The translations under genes were made by a program, and so were the position numbers. From positions 203,732,001-203,796,000 of the forward strand of contig OZ024741.1 in assembly GCA_964016885.1 (NCBI GenBank): a DNA stretch of 64,000 bases. The letters are read 5' to 3'. The notes beneath the pieces are model-generated. The model ran no database searches, was not told the DNA's origin, and worked only from the letters and a program-made list of their open reading frames with translations. The DNA is from Eledone cirrhosa. Taxonomy: Eukaryota. Positions within the stretch are counted from its first letter, which is position 1; every line of letters starts with the position of its first letter. Positions 40,625 through 55,769 of this stretch are shown in pieces.

Positions 40625-40960
40625 TGTTGTTGTTGTTTTTATTTACGATGTTTGAAGGGAGGGGCAGTGCCCATGACATTTACAGGTCCTCCGAAACCAA
40701 TGAGATTGATGCTGCACTAATTTAAACTAAAAATAATTTAAATTAGTGCAGGTTGACTCCTGTTGAGAAGATATGTGCAGGGAAAGAATTCCAAAAATAG
40801 AATGGTCCATAGGGGAAGGCTGGGCGCAATGGCTAGTGCAAGACTTGGAGAGATGATGGCAGAGAGACGGGCGAGGCAAGAGTGCCTGATTGGAAGTGAT
40901 ATGAGGTCAGTCAATTCGGAGAAGCAGAGGCCATTGCAATACCAATAGAAAAGGCAGAGT
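40625..40960 (-). mobile_element. CR1/L2-like LINE 3' fragment
   Basis: Minus-strand translation YCNGLCFSELTDLI...WNSFPAHIF, followed by a (CAA)n-like tail. Confidence 0.55.
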
Positions 40961-41004
40961 CTGTGAGACAGAGACAGGAGCGTGTTAGTGTCAGTGTCTA
41001 TCCC

Positions 41005-41078
<74 letters not shown>

Positions 41079-41317
41079 ATCTCTCTCTCTCTCTCTGTTT
41101 CTTTCTCTTTCTCTGTCTCTCTCTTTCGTTGTTGTTTAGTATAGTTCAGCTTAGTACTCGATACTAAAGAAAGTAGAGTGTAGGTATTATATATTCAGCC
41201 CGACGGCTGAATTCTTACCGTTTTGCAGACATGTTGTTAACGTTATCCACTCGACATCCAAAGGGCAAGAGCTCAGCCGTCGAACAGAAATTCATCATTA
41301 TAATATATATATATATG

Positions 41318-41400
<83 letters not shown>

Positions 41401-41529
41401 CGAAGGAAATGTGGTAAGGAACCAAGTGGACCATAACGCACCAAAGTCCAGAATTAGCCGTCGAAACGGCTTGAGCTCAGCCGTCGGGGTCTTATTCGTT
41501 CCTATATATATATATATATATATATATAT

Positions 41530-42130
41530 CGTTTCTGAATTTGTTTAGCAAGATTCATTATCTGATAACGTGTGTTGAAACCGATATTGTTATACTTTGG
41601 GATGGTCATGTTGCCAATAAGAAACACACGCACCATTGCTCCCTGTATAGATAAGAAATGCATAATCTGTAAACTAAGCCCCCATTTTATCTGTAAAACT
41701 AGAAACATAGTATATAGCATAAGATGTACTGAAGGACAATGTAAAGATAAGAATATAGTGTACATAGGTGAGACACCTCGTAGTATAGGAGAACGGTTAA
41801 ATGAACACTGGCGAGAGCTTTAAGATAGAAAAGAATCATCAGTACTCCACCAACATGCTAAAATAGAACATCTCTTTGTTTTGTACCTCTCCTTTGTTCT
41901 ATCCTACGCCATCTTGTTTTTGTGTGTGTTGTGTGCTTAGTTTGCGCAAGTGTTGCATCCGGGTGTCTGTGTGTGTTCTTAAATTTATAAATTTAAGTTA
42001 TAATAAATTGGAGTGAAAGCAACTGGTGCGTGTGTTTCTTATTGGCAACATGACCCTCCCAAAGTATAACAATATCGGTTTCAACACATGTTTTCAGATA
42101 AAGAATCTTGCTAAACAAATTCAGAAACGA
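41530..42130 (+). mobile_element. Naiad-type PLE fragment with inverted termini, in (TA)n
   Basis: CIICK...NIVYSIRCTEGQC...YIGETPRSIGER, similar to 14750-14900. 41530-41635 is inverted at 42020-42130. Confidence 0.8.
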
Positions 42131-42131
42131 C

Positions 42132-42340
<209 letters not shown>

Positions 42341-42641
42341 AATAAAATACACAGTTACTAACTCATATTGCTATCCTGCAATTAAGAAGCTCAAAGTATA
42401 AATACTGAGCACTATATAATAATATATGTAGAAATAAACACAGTAAATTGTGTGTCTAAAATTACGAGGGTAGAAGTACCACATTGGTTTGATAAATTTA
42501 ACCTGAAGTAAACGGAAGATATAGAAAATATATACAGACCATCTCAATAACTATTTCATTTCTCGGAGAGATTAGAGATTTAATCTGTTTCGCCCTGAAA
42601 ATTTTGGCTTTTAGTTGTATGTGCTTGTTTCATTAAATCTT

Positions 42642-42730
42642 ATCCCTCGCTGATGATAGCCTACGGATTACCTGTTACAAACACAATTTTCAGGGCGAAA
42701 CAGATTAAATCTCTATTCTGTCCAAGAGAT
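42642..42730 (+). ncRNA. Degenerate hammerhead, same family as 19597-19678
   Basis: CUGAUGA at 42650-42656, GGGC-GAAA-CAGAUUA...CUGUC. Helices I and II are partly mismatched. Confidence 0.6.
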
Positions 42731-42753
42731 GAAATAGTTATTGAGACGGTCTG

Positions 42754-42823
<70 letters not shown>

Positions 42824-42863
42824 TGAGGGGGCTAAATTCAAACATATGTAACTGATGACTTAC

Positions 42864-42917
42864 CACATGATCCGTGCTTTGTAAGATTATGTTCCGAGAG
42901 GAGATATCGATAGTTTC
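42864..42917 (-). CDS. PHM: PHM-like monooxygenase internal exon
   Basis: tgtag|...|gtaagt, 54 nt, phase 0/0. ETIDISSRNIILQSTDHV. Confidence 0.72.
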
Positions 42918-42973
42918 CTACAAGTAAAATGTAAATTTACAGTGTGATATTGAATACTGAGACATTAGTCATA

Positions 42974-43086
<113 letters not shown>

Positions 43087-43094
43087 TATATATA

Positions 43095-45851
43095 TATACA
43101 CGGGTGTTTATGATTGTGTATAGAAGATTATATTAATAAAAGGAATTCCAACTTTCTCCGATTTACTCGTTTTATTTACAATCCTTTAAAATTATAATGA
43201 TATAATGAAATAGTATGGTAGAATATTAAATGTTAAATGTTAATTGAACAAGTACATTCATGCTTTCGCAATCTTCAGGTTCGTATTCAGTGGTGACAAG
43301 CAAGTTGGCAATTTTCAACTGTAAATACAGTAAAAGGGGGCTACAGAATGCTAAGTTTTGCAAACTGAATTTCGACCAATCGGTGTGTAGTTTCACTAGA
43401 TTACTAAAGCTCATTGGTTTAGGCGTCACAGTTGGTTGAGCATGTCTAACGACTTCTATTTGACCCTATCCAAAGCATCAATTGTTTTGCTATTTTTAGA
43501 AATGATGAAAATAGCATATTCTAGGGTTTTTATAAAAAAATCTTCAGTAATCATCAACATCAACATCACTTTTATTATTATTTTTGTTGTTGTTAGTGGT
43601 TGTAGCCGACAAGGTCGTAGGCGTAGTCATAGTAGGAGTAATACCCCTAAGCATTATTATTGTTCATTTACCTTGAGTTGGAATTTATCAATAAAATTCT
43701 TTTCTTTAATTTTTCTCTTGATTTTACTTGGGCTGTGTAATTTGTAGAATGGAAATATTATAAATATTTTCTGACCACATGTTGCTAGATGGTTACTCGG
43801 GAGTATCTGACGGACATTTGGGTCTCTGATTTGCTGTCGGTGCATCCGTGCACGTTCCGATAGTGCATTTCCAGTTTGACCGACACAATTCTTCACAATT
43901 CGGGCATTTAATGCAGTAAATTAGATTTCTGCTTTTGCAGTTCATATTTGTATTTGGGAATATTTTTCCAGTTTTTGTGTTCATATATTGACCAGTATGT
44001 ATGAATTGACATGTGCCACATCGACTATCATTGCATTTGGATACAGTGAATGATTGGTGTTTGTTATATTAGACGCAGTCAGACTTATTCTGGAAAACAA
44101 CACAATCTTCTTCAATGGAAAGAATTACATCCAAATTAGAGGCACACCAATGGGAACAAAGTTTGCTCCCGTTTGCGCGAACTCTGTAATGGGATACTTA
44201 GAACAACAACTCTACCAAGAAATAGAGGAAAAATATAGCACTGAATTTAGAAAGTACATAGAAAATTCTTGTAAGAGATACCTTGAAGACTGTTTCATCA
44301 TCTTGACAGAATCTCTAGATACTCTGGATGAGTTCAATATCCTCCTGAATAACTTACACCGATCTCACCAATTTACAAAAGATGTGAGTAGTACCAAATT
44401 ACCATTCCTAGATATAATGGTAATCAAAAACAACACCACCATTACCACGGATATATACTATAAACACACAGACACCCATCAATATGTGAATTTTAAGTCG
44501 TGCCATCCACCTCATACAAAACGCAACATCCCATACTGCCTAGCCAGAAGAATTTGTACCATTGTAGAAGATACGAATACCAGGAACAAACGCCTGACAG
44601 AACTGAGATGATTTTGGCTCAAACAAAAATACCCATCTCTATAAAATGGCATACAGCGGGCTATAAAAATACCTATACAAAAACTTAGGACAACCCAAGG
44701 AAGAAGAAACCAAGAACTGGTCATACCATTTATAATGACACACAACCCATGTCACCAGAATATCTTCAACACTGCAAAAGCAAACCTACCGATCATTGCT
44801 CAAAGTAATGAATTAAACGGTTTAATCACAGACCGAGCTTTGATTCTTAGTATTGAAGCAATTACTAACAAAGGCAAAGTTTGACCTTAACAACAAAGAC
44901 CAATCATTCACTGTATCTAAATGCAATGATAGTCGATGTGGCACATGTCAATCCATACACACTGGTCAATATATGAACACAAAAACTGGAAAAATATTCC
45001 CAAATGCAAATATGAACGGCAAAAGCAAAAATCTAATTTACTGCATTAAATGCCCGAATTGTGAAGAACTATATTTCGGTCAAACTGGAAAGGCACTATC
45101 GGAACGTGCACGGGTGCACCGAGAGCAAATCAGAGACCCAAATGGCCGTCAGATACTCCTGAATCTAGCAACATGTGGTCAGAAAATATTTATAATATTT
45201 CCATTCTACAAACTACACAGCCCAAGTAAAATCAAGAGAAAAATTAAAGAAAAGAATTTTATTGATAAATTCCAACCCAAGCTAAATGAACAATAATAAT
45301 GCTTAGGGGTATTACTCCTACTATGACTACGCCTACGACCATATCGGCTACCACCACTAACAACAACAACAAAAATAATAATAATAAAAGTGATGTTGAT
45401 GATTACTGAAGATTTTTATAAAAACCCTAGAATATGCTATTTTCATCATTTCTAAAAATAGCAAAACAATTGATGCTTTTTATAGGGTCAAATAGAAGTC
45501 GTTAGACATGCTCAACCAACCGTGACGCCTAAACCAATGAGCTTTAGTAATCTAGTGAAACCACACACCGATTGGTCGAAATTCAGTTTGCAAAACTTAG
45601 CATTCTGTAGCCCCTTATTACTGTATATAAGGCACAGTTTTTAGCCATCTCATTACGGTTGAAAATTACCAACTTGACTGTCACCACTGAACTGAATATG
45701 AACCTGAAGATTGCGAAAGCATGAAAGTACTTTTTCAATTAACATTTAACATTTAATATTCTACCATACTATTTCATTATAATATCATTATAATTTTAAA
45801 GGATTGTAAATAAAACGAGTAAATCAGATAAATTGGAATTCCTTTTATTAA
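43095..45851 (+). mobile_element. Penelope-like element with about 0.9-kb inverted copy of its 3' end
   Basis: RT 44054-44611 (GTPMG, RYLEDC, LPFLD) and GIY-YIG 44853-45296. About 43130-44053 is the reverse complement of about 44900-45850. (TA)n flanks. Confidence 0.9.
45699..45737 (+). ncRNA. Minimal hammerhead at the PLE 3' end; inverted copy at 43245-43283 (-)
   Basis: The consensus of the two copies is GAAC-CUGAAGA-UUGC(GAAA)GCAU-GAAA-GUACUU^GUUC. Each copy carries one lesion. Confidence 0.68.
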
Positions 45852-46124
45852 CATATATATATATATATATATGTACGTGTGTATATCCAAAATGGATGAC
45901 TGAATACACATGTTTTTTCTAAAAAAATAATGTTTTCCTTTCTTTTTTCTTCTTACTCTCCATCATTCTATTTCATCTTTTATTTCTCATTATATCTTGT
46001 GATGAAGGACTAGTGTCCGAAACGTTAAGACTCTTTTCCTATTACATCAAGCGTTAAACTAATATATTTCATCATTGTGTAGTTTCGTTTGCTTTTGCAT
46101 ACACACCCACACACACACACAGAC

Positions 46125-46922
<798 letters not shown>

Positions 46923-47579
46923 TGTCTGATGGTAGCTATGATGCTCCTATAGGCGGTATGCCGGTTGAGCACTCTATGTTCTTACAGAGCAGAGTGTGAT
47001 ATAATATTAAACGAAAAATCAGTGATGCATCTGAACTCAATTTATTGTGTGTTACAATTGTTTCGCCGGCAGACAGCTCGAGACACGATCATTGTATGGA
47101 TCTGTCTGATTCTGGACCTGCAGGTTCGTCGGACACTTGTTATAATTTCGGATCAAATTTTCTCACTGGGGTGTTAGCGTCAAAAAACTTATTCTTCGTT
47201 TGTCCTGCTATTGGCTGTTGTTTTTCTACGTGAGAAAATTTGATCCGAAATTATTACAAGTGTCCAATGAACCTGCAGGTCCAGAATCAGACAGATCCAT
47301 ACAATGATCGTGTCTCGTGCTGTCTGCCGGCGAAACAATTGTAACACACATTAAATTGAGTTCAGATACATCACTGATTTTTCGTTTTATATTATATATA
47401 TATATATAATTGCATATATGAGAGGGATGAACGCAGATATAAGTATACATGAGTTCCAATTTAAAATTACCAAGTTAGCTAGGTTGAAAAATACTAATTT
47501 AAAACAATATGGTTTGCCTGACTCGATTTAAAGTAATAAATCAATAAATATAACAAACCTATATCGGGCAACAGCCTTT

Positions 47580-47658
47580 GATACCCAGACAGACCTAAAT
47601 CTGTTTCGCAAGAATTATTAAATGTAAGCCACAATTCCTGTGCTCTTCAGCGGGTATC
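47580..47658 (-). ncRNA. Type I hammerhead ribozyme (complete core); inverted sister copy at 47916-47994 (+)
   Basis: GAUACCCG-CUGAAGA-GCA...UGC-GAAA-CAGAU(UUAG)GUCUG-UC^UGGGUAUC. Confidence 0.85.
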
Positions 47659-48245
47659 CAGGAAATTCGTACCTTTCACTTCAAAGCATCTAAGAAGACT
47701 GAACGATATGCTGATATAAAAGCACATTTTGAGTTTCTAACTCAATCTATGATATTCTCGGCTCCTTATGTAGAGCTAACTTTAGTCCCATAAACCCAGC
47801 TGCTATTTTTAGCGACATGAGCATGAGACGCGCTAGGCGCTGCAACATGTGCTTTTATATTAGCATATCGTTCAGTCTTCTTAGATCCTTTGAAGTGAAA
47901 GGTACGAATTTCCTGGATACCTGCTGAAGAGCACAGGAATTGGGGCTTTCACTTAATAATTCTTACGAAACAGATTTAGGTCTGTCCTGGTATCAAAGGC
48001 TGTTGCCCGATATAGGTTTGTTATTTTTATTGATTTATTACTTTAAATCGAGTCAGGCAAACCATATTGTTTTAAATTAGTATTTTTCAACCTAGCTAAC
48101 TTGGTCATTTGCAATTGGAACACATGTATACTTGTATCGATGTTCATCTCTCTCATATATTCAATTATATTGCACGGTTCGGAAAGATTTCCTTCTTTGA
48201 GCTATTTAATTGCAAAAGACTATTTTGAGTTTCTAACTCAATTTA

Positions 48246-48281
<36 letters not shown>

Positions 48282-48675
48282 CGAACTAGACAGATTGAGT
48301 TTGCGCTAGCCCGCCGAATTTTCCACTCGTTCAATGTTTTCACGGGACTTGCATTTCCGAGGTGCAGGTTGATAATTCAGAACACACACATTTAGTCAGT
48401 GGAAAAATCGGTGTTATGTGGGAGCACTATATAAGTCTGCTCCGGACCAAACGATAACGTTGGTTTCTTTGCTATATCCCGCGCCCTGATGTGCAAGTGC
48501 TGCACCCAATGCGCAGAAGCACCACGTTAATTCTAGAATCATCCAGGACCACAAAACGAGTCATCAGCGAATGAAGCCCTATTCGTTCTATTGAAAAGGT
48601 CTGATATTGACTATGTAGCAGTTCTTGACAGCTAACGGTGTTACGGGTACATACATACACACGAATCTTGACTTA

Positions 48676-48757
<82 letters not shown>

Positions 48758-49888
48758 ACAAAATTTCTGTGCATGTATGTACCCGTAACTCTTGGTTGCG
48801 TCATAGGGGCACCGTAGTAACATACCATATTTTGGGGCATTCTGTTCGAACATGGCGAAGCCCATATACTCTCCAGGAAAACAGGGTTTAGTAGTTAATT
48901 AATCCATTGTTTTACGATTGTTTCGAAGGGTAAATTGTAGAATGGATGTATTTTTTTTAAAGGTTAATACTATCGATTGGTTAGTGAATATATACGCAAA
49001 ACCTTTGTTTATTTTCCTCCTTGAAACAATCGTAGATCAATAGATTAACAATTGTAGATCAATAGATTACCTTGTCTTATTTGTTTTCACTGTTCAACCT
49101 TATATATCTGAATCTATAATTTTTTAGTACTCAATGACATGTAATAAGATACCACTTTTCTATAAAAACAAATTAGCTTTGATGAGATGTTCATATCTAC
49201 ACTACATTGAGTTCGAATATTGTTATCTCAATTGAGCAGAATTTTAATGTGTGTGTATATATATAATTGTTTCTACGTTAGGCACAAGGCCAGCAATTAC
49301 CCAGTGTATTACTGTGTGTATATATATAATAAAAGAAAATAACTAATGTGTGTGTGTATATATAATAAAAGAAAATAACTAATGTGTGTGTGTATATATA
49401 TATAATAAAAGAATACAATAAATGTAATCCGAGTTTTTCGAATATTAACTATAATATTCGATTCGTTTGCAATTATGCAAAGAAGCCTCATATTTAAAAC
49501 CATGTCAGTAGAATAAGGCGCTCATTCTTGCTCTTGTGTTGGCATGTAAACAGAACTGCGGACAATAATGTTTCTGGGTATTACCCTTCATCAGAATCGC
49601 TGTCTCGCACCATTTTACGGGAACTTAACTTCCCGTAAAATGGTGAGAGGCAGCAATTTTTTGCTGTATCTGTGTTGTTGTTTTTGTTGTTGTTGTTGTT
49701 ACAGCTCACACCTAAGTAGATCTAGCCCCCACATGGCTTTATTTACTAGATGTTTCAACGAGTTCATATCATGAAGAGCAACATGAAAAGAATCTATACT
49801 TATAATATATATATATATTATTGAGTAAAATGACAGGAGGTCGGACTTGTGAAATTCCTTCAAAGATTTATTTTAGCAAACACTATGT

Positions 49889-49935
<47 letters not shown>

Positions 49936-50097
49936 TATATATAAAGGTGCTAATGTCTGCGGAGTGTTCAGCCTCTTGCACATTGATTTCACGAGCAGGC
50001 GGTCCCGTTGATTAACACCTATTCTAGATACAAGCCAAATGCATATTCATAAAGGATATTCAAAAAATGATTTTAGAATACAATATTTGTGACTTAC

Positions 50098-50174
50098 CTC
50101 TGGGTATGTAGTGTCAGCTCGGAGCAGCTCAATAAACTTATTATTTCGATAAATGTACCCGGTGATAGCCGTAG
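50098..50174 (-). CDS. PHM: PHM-like monooxygenase internal exon
   Basis: tttag|...|gtaagt, 77 nt. ATAITGYIYRNNKFIELLRADTTYPE aligns to PHM GKVVSGYRVRNGQWTLIGRQNPQLPQ. Confidence 0.83.
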
Positions 50175-50567
50175 CTAAAAAGAAAGAAATGAAATGTAAA
50201 ATTGAATTCAACTCTGTTAATGCCTGTCGTCATGGAGATATTCAGAGGCATCAGTCTCCGGGCTGCAGTTTTTTCCCCCGAAAGGTGAGAGGTCATCACA
50301 TCTGAGGATGGAGCTCCGTGAGATGTGATTACTAATGCAGTGAGTATCGCTGGAGCCAATGCTTTCTACATCTTTTCCACGGGGTGCAGCCAAGAATATA
50401 GCGTGTGTCCCCTAGCCTTTATTTCTTTTTCCTTTTTCTTGTGATTATGATAATGTAAATAAAGTTTTCGATTTTTTAATCATTCAAAATTGATTTATGC
50501 AAATATTTTTTTGTAAATTATCAATTTATCAAAAAACATTTTTAACTTATGTGATTTTTATCAATAA

Positions 50568-51465
50568 CTAGCATTAAAGCCCGGCGTTGCTCGGGGTCAT
50601 TAAGTTACCAAAGTTAGGTTGCACAACCCATTTTATGGCAGCACTTTTTTGTCTGCCAGGCACTGGGTGAATGAATTGCAGACCTGGAAGCAGGAGCTGC
50701 GCCAGCAGTGACAATTGTAGTTTCGCCTATGGATATTATCTCTGTGCAAAAAAGTGTTGAAATTTATTGTTTCACAGTACTTGCGCAATACGCGCGTAGA
50801 CGATGCCAGCCGAACAACAGAGCTGCGATGGAGTTGTTCTGCATGGTTGTCTGTGTGTTTTCTAAATTAAAGACAGTAGGGAGGGTTGTGATATGAGGGA
50901 GAGTTAGCTGTTGTTTCTAGCAGGTTTAGTGACCTCATAGAGGATATGTGTTTTCTAAATTTAAGACAGTAGGGAGTGGTGTGATATGGAGGAGAGTTAG
51001 CTGCTGTTTCTAGCAGGTTTAGTGACCTCATAGAAGATATGTTTTCTAAATTTAAGACAGTAGGGAGGGGTGTGATATGGGGGAGAGTTAGCTGCTGTTT
51101 CTAGCAGGTTTAGTAACCTCATAGAGGATATGTGTTTTCTAAATTTAAGACAGTAGGGAGTGGTGTGAACGGACAGTATCACCATCAAGCTTGGAAAGAG
51201 AAAGTAGCAGAAAGTATGAAGTTGTATAGATTTTGAATGGTAGTAGAAAGAGTTCAGCAGTTTAAATGAGAGAGAAAATTCGTAAAATATTGAGTTTTAT
51301 CTATTTTTTGCGTAATTGTGGGTGAAATTGAAAAAATTATCTGCGTCAAGACGCAATCGAAACTATTTCGAATCCTGAATTGTAAATTTCAATTGAAGAA
51401 ATTCTATATCGTAGATTTCTATAACGAAGGAGCATGACCACACACTGAGCTTTATAGATTATGAT
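50568..51465 (-). mobile_element. Helitron-like element containing a 92-93-bp tandem repeat (50855-51165, about 3.3 copies)
   Basis: CTAG at 50568-50571 plus hairpin CCCGGCGTTGCTCGGG, the exact reverse complement of 953-968. Far boundary is approximate. Confidence 0.55.
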
Positions 51466-51742
51466 CAACATCGAAAATTGAGAACATCAAACAAATTGAC
51501 ATTTACAGCTGACATCTGTGCAGGTTTCGCTGGTCTCTAGCGAAGTTACATCTCATAAAATGTTTCTTGAGTCTTCTAATAAAAGGACGGGGCATATATA
51601 TCATGTAATTACATTGAAAATAAGACCAAATACTGTTAATTATGTCATATTTTAATTAACGCACGTTTCATCCATCTTACATATTTTTGAGCTGTTAAAA
51701 TTTCTTTACCTACCTTTATCTGTTTCCATATTTTAAAACAAC

Positions 51743-51856
<114 letters not shown>

Positions 51857-51936
51857 CTATCTCACTCTCTCTCTCTATATATATATATAGATAGATAGAT
51901 ATAGACATAGATATACAATGTATGACTGTGTATCTG

Positions 51937-51967
<31 letters not shown>

Positions 51968-52183
51968 ACAGCTCACACCTAAGTAGATCTAGCCCCCACA
52001 TGGCTTTATTTACTAGATGTTTCAACGAGTTCATATCATGAAGAGCAACATGAAAAGAATTACTTTGCTCGGTTCAGGAATTGAACCCACGATCTTATGA
52101 TCGTAAGTGCAACACCTTAACTCCAAAGACACAAGCCTTCTATATGATTAATCTTTTAATATTCTGTTCCTTTTTAAACTTAC

Positions 52184-52264
52184 CCATTGTGTGAGAATGA
52201 ATCGAAAAACCATGCAACGGTGTGTTGTCATATGGCCATCGGCAAAAGGCGTTTGCTGTAAAAT
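52184..52264 (-). CDS. PHM: PHM-like monooxygenase exon carrying the CuM HxH ligands
   Basis: tatag|...|gtaagt, 81 nt. DFTANAFCRWPYDNTPLHGFSIHSHTM aligns to PHM ADISC...FAYRVHTHHL. Confidence 0.83.
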
Positions 52265-52547
52265 CTATAAAAATAAATAAAAATAAACTTAACATCGTGG
52301 AATAATTTAGCAGAAAATATATAAAAATGAGTTTGTTAATTCAAATGTTTATAGTATCTTTACTAATCGACAGATTGTTGTTATTTGCAGTATTGGAGTA
52401 AGGACTTATATTTTAGGTGATGCGGTCTTCATTGTGTTTTATACTTCTCAACAATGCCTCGTTCATGTGGTTTCATGTGGTTTGTAAATTCAAATGTTTA
52501 TATATCTTTACTAGTGGATGGATCATTGTGAAAATTTGCAGTACTAC

Positions 52548-52642
<95 letters not shown>

Positions 52643-53262
52643 CGGCTAATAAAGACTTTTGATGTATTGAAGGCTACTTGGTTTTACTCTCTTAATATAT
52701 ATATATATATATATATATACGGGGTCGGTAAAATAAAGCACCAGTAATACACTGGGGTCTATTTAATCGACTTTCCTCTCCTCCAAAATTGCTGGCCTTG
52801 TGCCTATAGTAGAAACACTTATTAGTTAGACAAGTTAGGGCGGTGGATTGGCTGTATCGGTAAAACGTCGGAAGCCATGCTTCGCGGCATAGTTACGTCT
52901 CTTTACATTCTGAATTCAAATCTCACCGAAGATGGCTTCTCCTTTCATCCTTATGGGGTCAATAAAATGAAGTACCAGTCACGGACTGGGGTTGATTAAA
53001 TCGACTTTGCCCGCCCTCAAAATTGCTGGCCTTGTACCTAAATCAGAAACCATTGTTAGTTAGACAACTACTCCATTCCTTAGCTTAGTAACCGAGTAAG
53101 CTGAAGTGAAACTCAACTGGTGTCTGTGTGTATATTGACACCATCACCCTGCCAAAGTATAATAATAGTTTTTTCACGATTTCACATCAAGAATCTTGCA
53201 AAACAAATACTATAACTAAGTATATATGTGTGTGCCTGTGTGTTTGTATGTTTGTGTAGGTG

Positions 53263-53354
<92 letters not shown>

Positions 53355-53569
53355 TGTGTGTGTGTGTATATATGTCTGTCTGTGTGTTTGTGTATGTGTG
53401 TATGTACGTGCATGTATGTGTGTGTGTGTACAAGTATTTGTGCGTGTGGGTGAGTGGGTTGGTGTTCGTGTCTGCGTTTACATTATTGTTTGTTTATGTC
53501 TTATAACTGAGCGGTTCGACAAAAAGAAAACATAAAATAAGTATGAGACGTGAAATAATAACTGCAGCA

Positions 53570-53935
53570 TGTATGACCGAGTTAACTCCCTTCAAGATGA
53601 AGTTCCAGCATAACCGCAGTTTACTGAATGAAACCGGTAAAAAAACAGTGCCCCAACATGACTGATGTTTAATGACTGGAACCAGTAAAAGAACAGTATG
53701 CCATGGTCTAATGACTGAAGCCAGTACAAGAACAGTGTCCTAGCATTGCTACAGTCAAATGACTGAAGCCAGTACAAGAATAGTGTCCTAGCATTGCTAC
53801 AGTCAAATGACTGAAGCCAGTGGAAGAAACGTACCCCACCATGACTGCAATCTAATGAATGCAATAAGTTAAAGAATGATGCCCATCATGGTCGCTGTCT
53901 AATGACTGGAACCAGCAAAAGAGTAAAAACATGCC
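53570..53935 (+). repeat. Degenerate 40-50-bp tandem array derived from a SINE 3' tail
   Basis: Repeated AATGACTG(G/A)A(A/G)CCAGTA..AGAA units. The same motif ends dispersed elements at about 15950-15995 and 56990-57025. Confidence 0.7.
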
Positions 53936-53991
53936 CAATAATATCTGCCACTGTTTTGACTTTATCGTAAAAATATTTATATAATGCTTAC

Positions 53992-54056
53992 CTTTTGCAT
54001 TGGCAGGAATATATCCACTGTTTCCATAAATTGCCATCGCGGACCGATAGACAGGC
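53992..54056 (-). CDS. PHM: PHM-like monooxygenase internal exon
   Basis: cctag|...|gtaagc, 65 nt. PVYRSAMAIYGNSGYIPANAK. Confidence 0.78.
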
Positions 54057-54282
54057 CTAGGAATGATATCACATGATTTGTTAAGATTTGTTTATGTCAG
54101 ATATAAGAAATCGGTATTTGTCGGTTGAGAAACAGGCATGGCTGTATAGTTAGAGAGTTCGCTTTGCAAACACATGTTTCTAGGTTCAATCCCCCCTCTG
54201 CGTGGCACTTTGAACAAGTGCCTTCTACAGTAGCTTTGGATTGACCAACGTTTTGTGTGTGGAATTTGGTAGAAACCCGTTG

Positions 54283-54355
<73 letters not shown>

Positions 54356-54968
54356 ACACACACACACACATATATATATATAGAGAGAGAGAGAATAGAA
54401 TGAAACGAAATTTCATTTCTCACTCTTAGTACGGCACTTACTTAAATGTAAGTATGTATGTATGTACACGTACATACATATATGTATACAGACGTACAGT
54501 AGTAGGTATATATATATATACATACATGCGCACATATATATATGCACGTATCGGTTTACCGAACATTTATTATAATGCTCGGTTTGTTTGTTTGTAAACA
54601 AACAAAGAGCCCGGATTACGCCGTACGGTGTTTAGGCAACCACGTTGCCTTTTTGTTCAACACTGACACAGGAACGATGTACTAGTTTCAAGCTTATTAG
54701 CTATCGTCAGCATCGTATACCTTCCTGCCAGATGGTTGAACGTCTGAAAGTATATACTTTCCTTATGCATATTAACGGCTGAGCAGCCTAATTTGCATAT
54801 CGAGTGAGTTCATTCGGCTGGGCGCACCGAAAACGATAAATGGAATAGAATGAAACGAAATTTCATTTCTCACTCTTAGTACGGCACTTACTGTTAGGCT
54901 GCTCAGCCGTTAATATGCATAAGGAAAGTATATACTTTCAGACGTTCAACCATCTGGCAGGAAGGTAT

Positions 54969-55011
54969 ACGATGCTGACGATAGCTAATAAGCTTGAAAC
55001 TAGTACATCGT
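54969..55011 (+). ncRNA. Minimal hammerhead with palindromic helix III; identical inverted copy at 54674-54716 (-)
   Basis: ACGAUG-CUGACGA-UAGC(UAAUAA)GCUU-GAAA-CUAGUA^CAUCGU. Confidence 0.82.
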
Positions 55012-55211
55012 TCCTGTGTCAGTGTTGAACAAAAAGGCAACGTGGTTGCCTAAACACCGTACGGCGTAATCCGGGCTCTTTGTTTGTTTACAAACAAACA
55101 AACCGAGCAGTATAATAAATGTTCGGTAAACCGATACGTGCATATATATATGTGTGCATGTATGTATATATATACATACTACTGTACGTCTGTATACATA
55201 TATGTATGTAC

Positions 55212-55243
<32 letters not shown>

Positions 55244-55258
55244 GCAACGGGTTTATAT

Positions 55259-55373
<115 letters not shown>

Positions 55374-55550
55374 TATATATATATAAATGAGCCCCTCATT
55401 CTTGCTCTTGTGGGGCTCATTCTACTGACATGGCTTAAAAGGGGATTGTTTGCATAATACCAAACGAATCGAATATTATTATTGATATTCGAAAAAGTCA
55501 GATTATATTTATTGTATTCAGGCATGTAGAGTGAAAACTTTTTGTTAGTT

Positions 55551-55603
<53 letters not shown>

Positions 55604-55719
55604 TTTTTCGAATATCAATAACATTCGATTCGTTTGCAATTATGCAAACAAGCCTCATTTTTAAAGCCATGTCAGTAGAATGAGCCCCTCATTCTTGCTC
55701 TTGTGTTAGCATGTAAACA

Positions 55720-55769
55720 GAACTGCGGACAATAATGTTTCTGGGTATCACCCGTCATCAGTACAGCTC
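55720..55769 (-). ncRNA. Hammerhead; sister copies at 56151-56200 (+) and 49553-49594 (-, helix I truncated)
   Basis: GAGCUGUA-CUGAUGA-CGGGU(GAU)ACCCA-GAAA-CAUUAUUGUC^CGCAGUUC. Confidence 0.78.

Noticed and set aside
52184-52264. A-to-I recoding restoring the PHM substrate Arg
   Set aside because: The codon is TCG (Ser) and contains no A, so editing cannot yield Arg.
53570-53935. CRISPR-like repeat-spacer appearance
   Set aside because: The units are degenerate tandem copies with no unique spacers, in a eukaryotic context with no cas genes.
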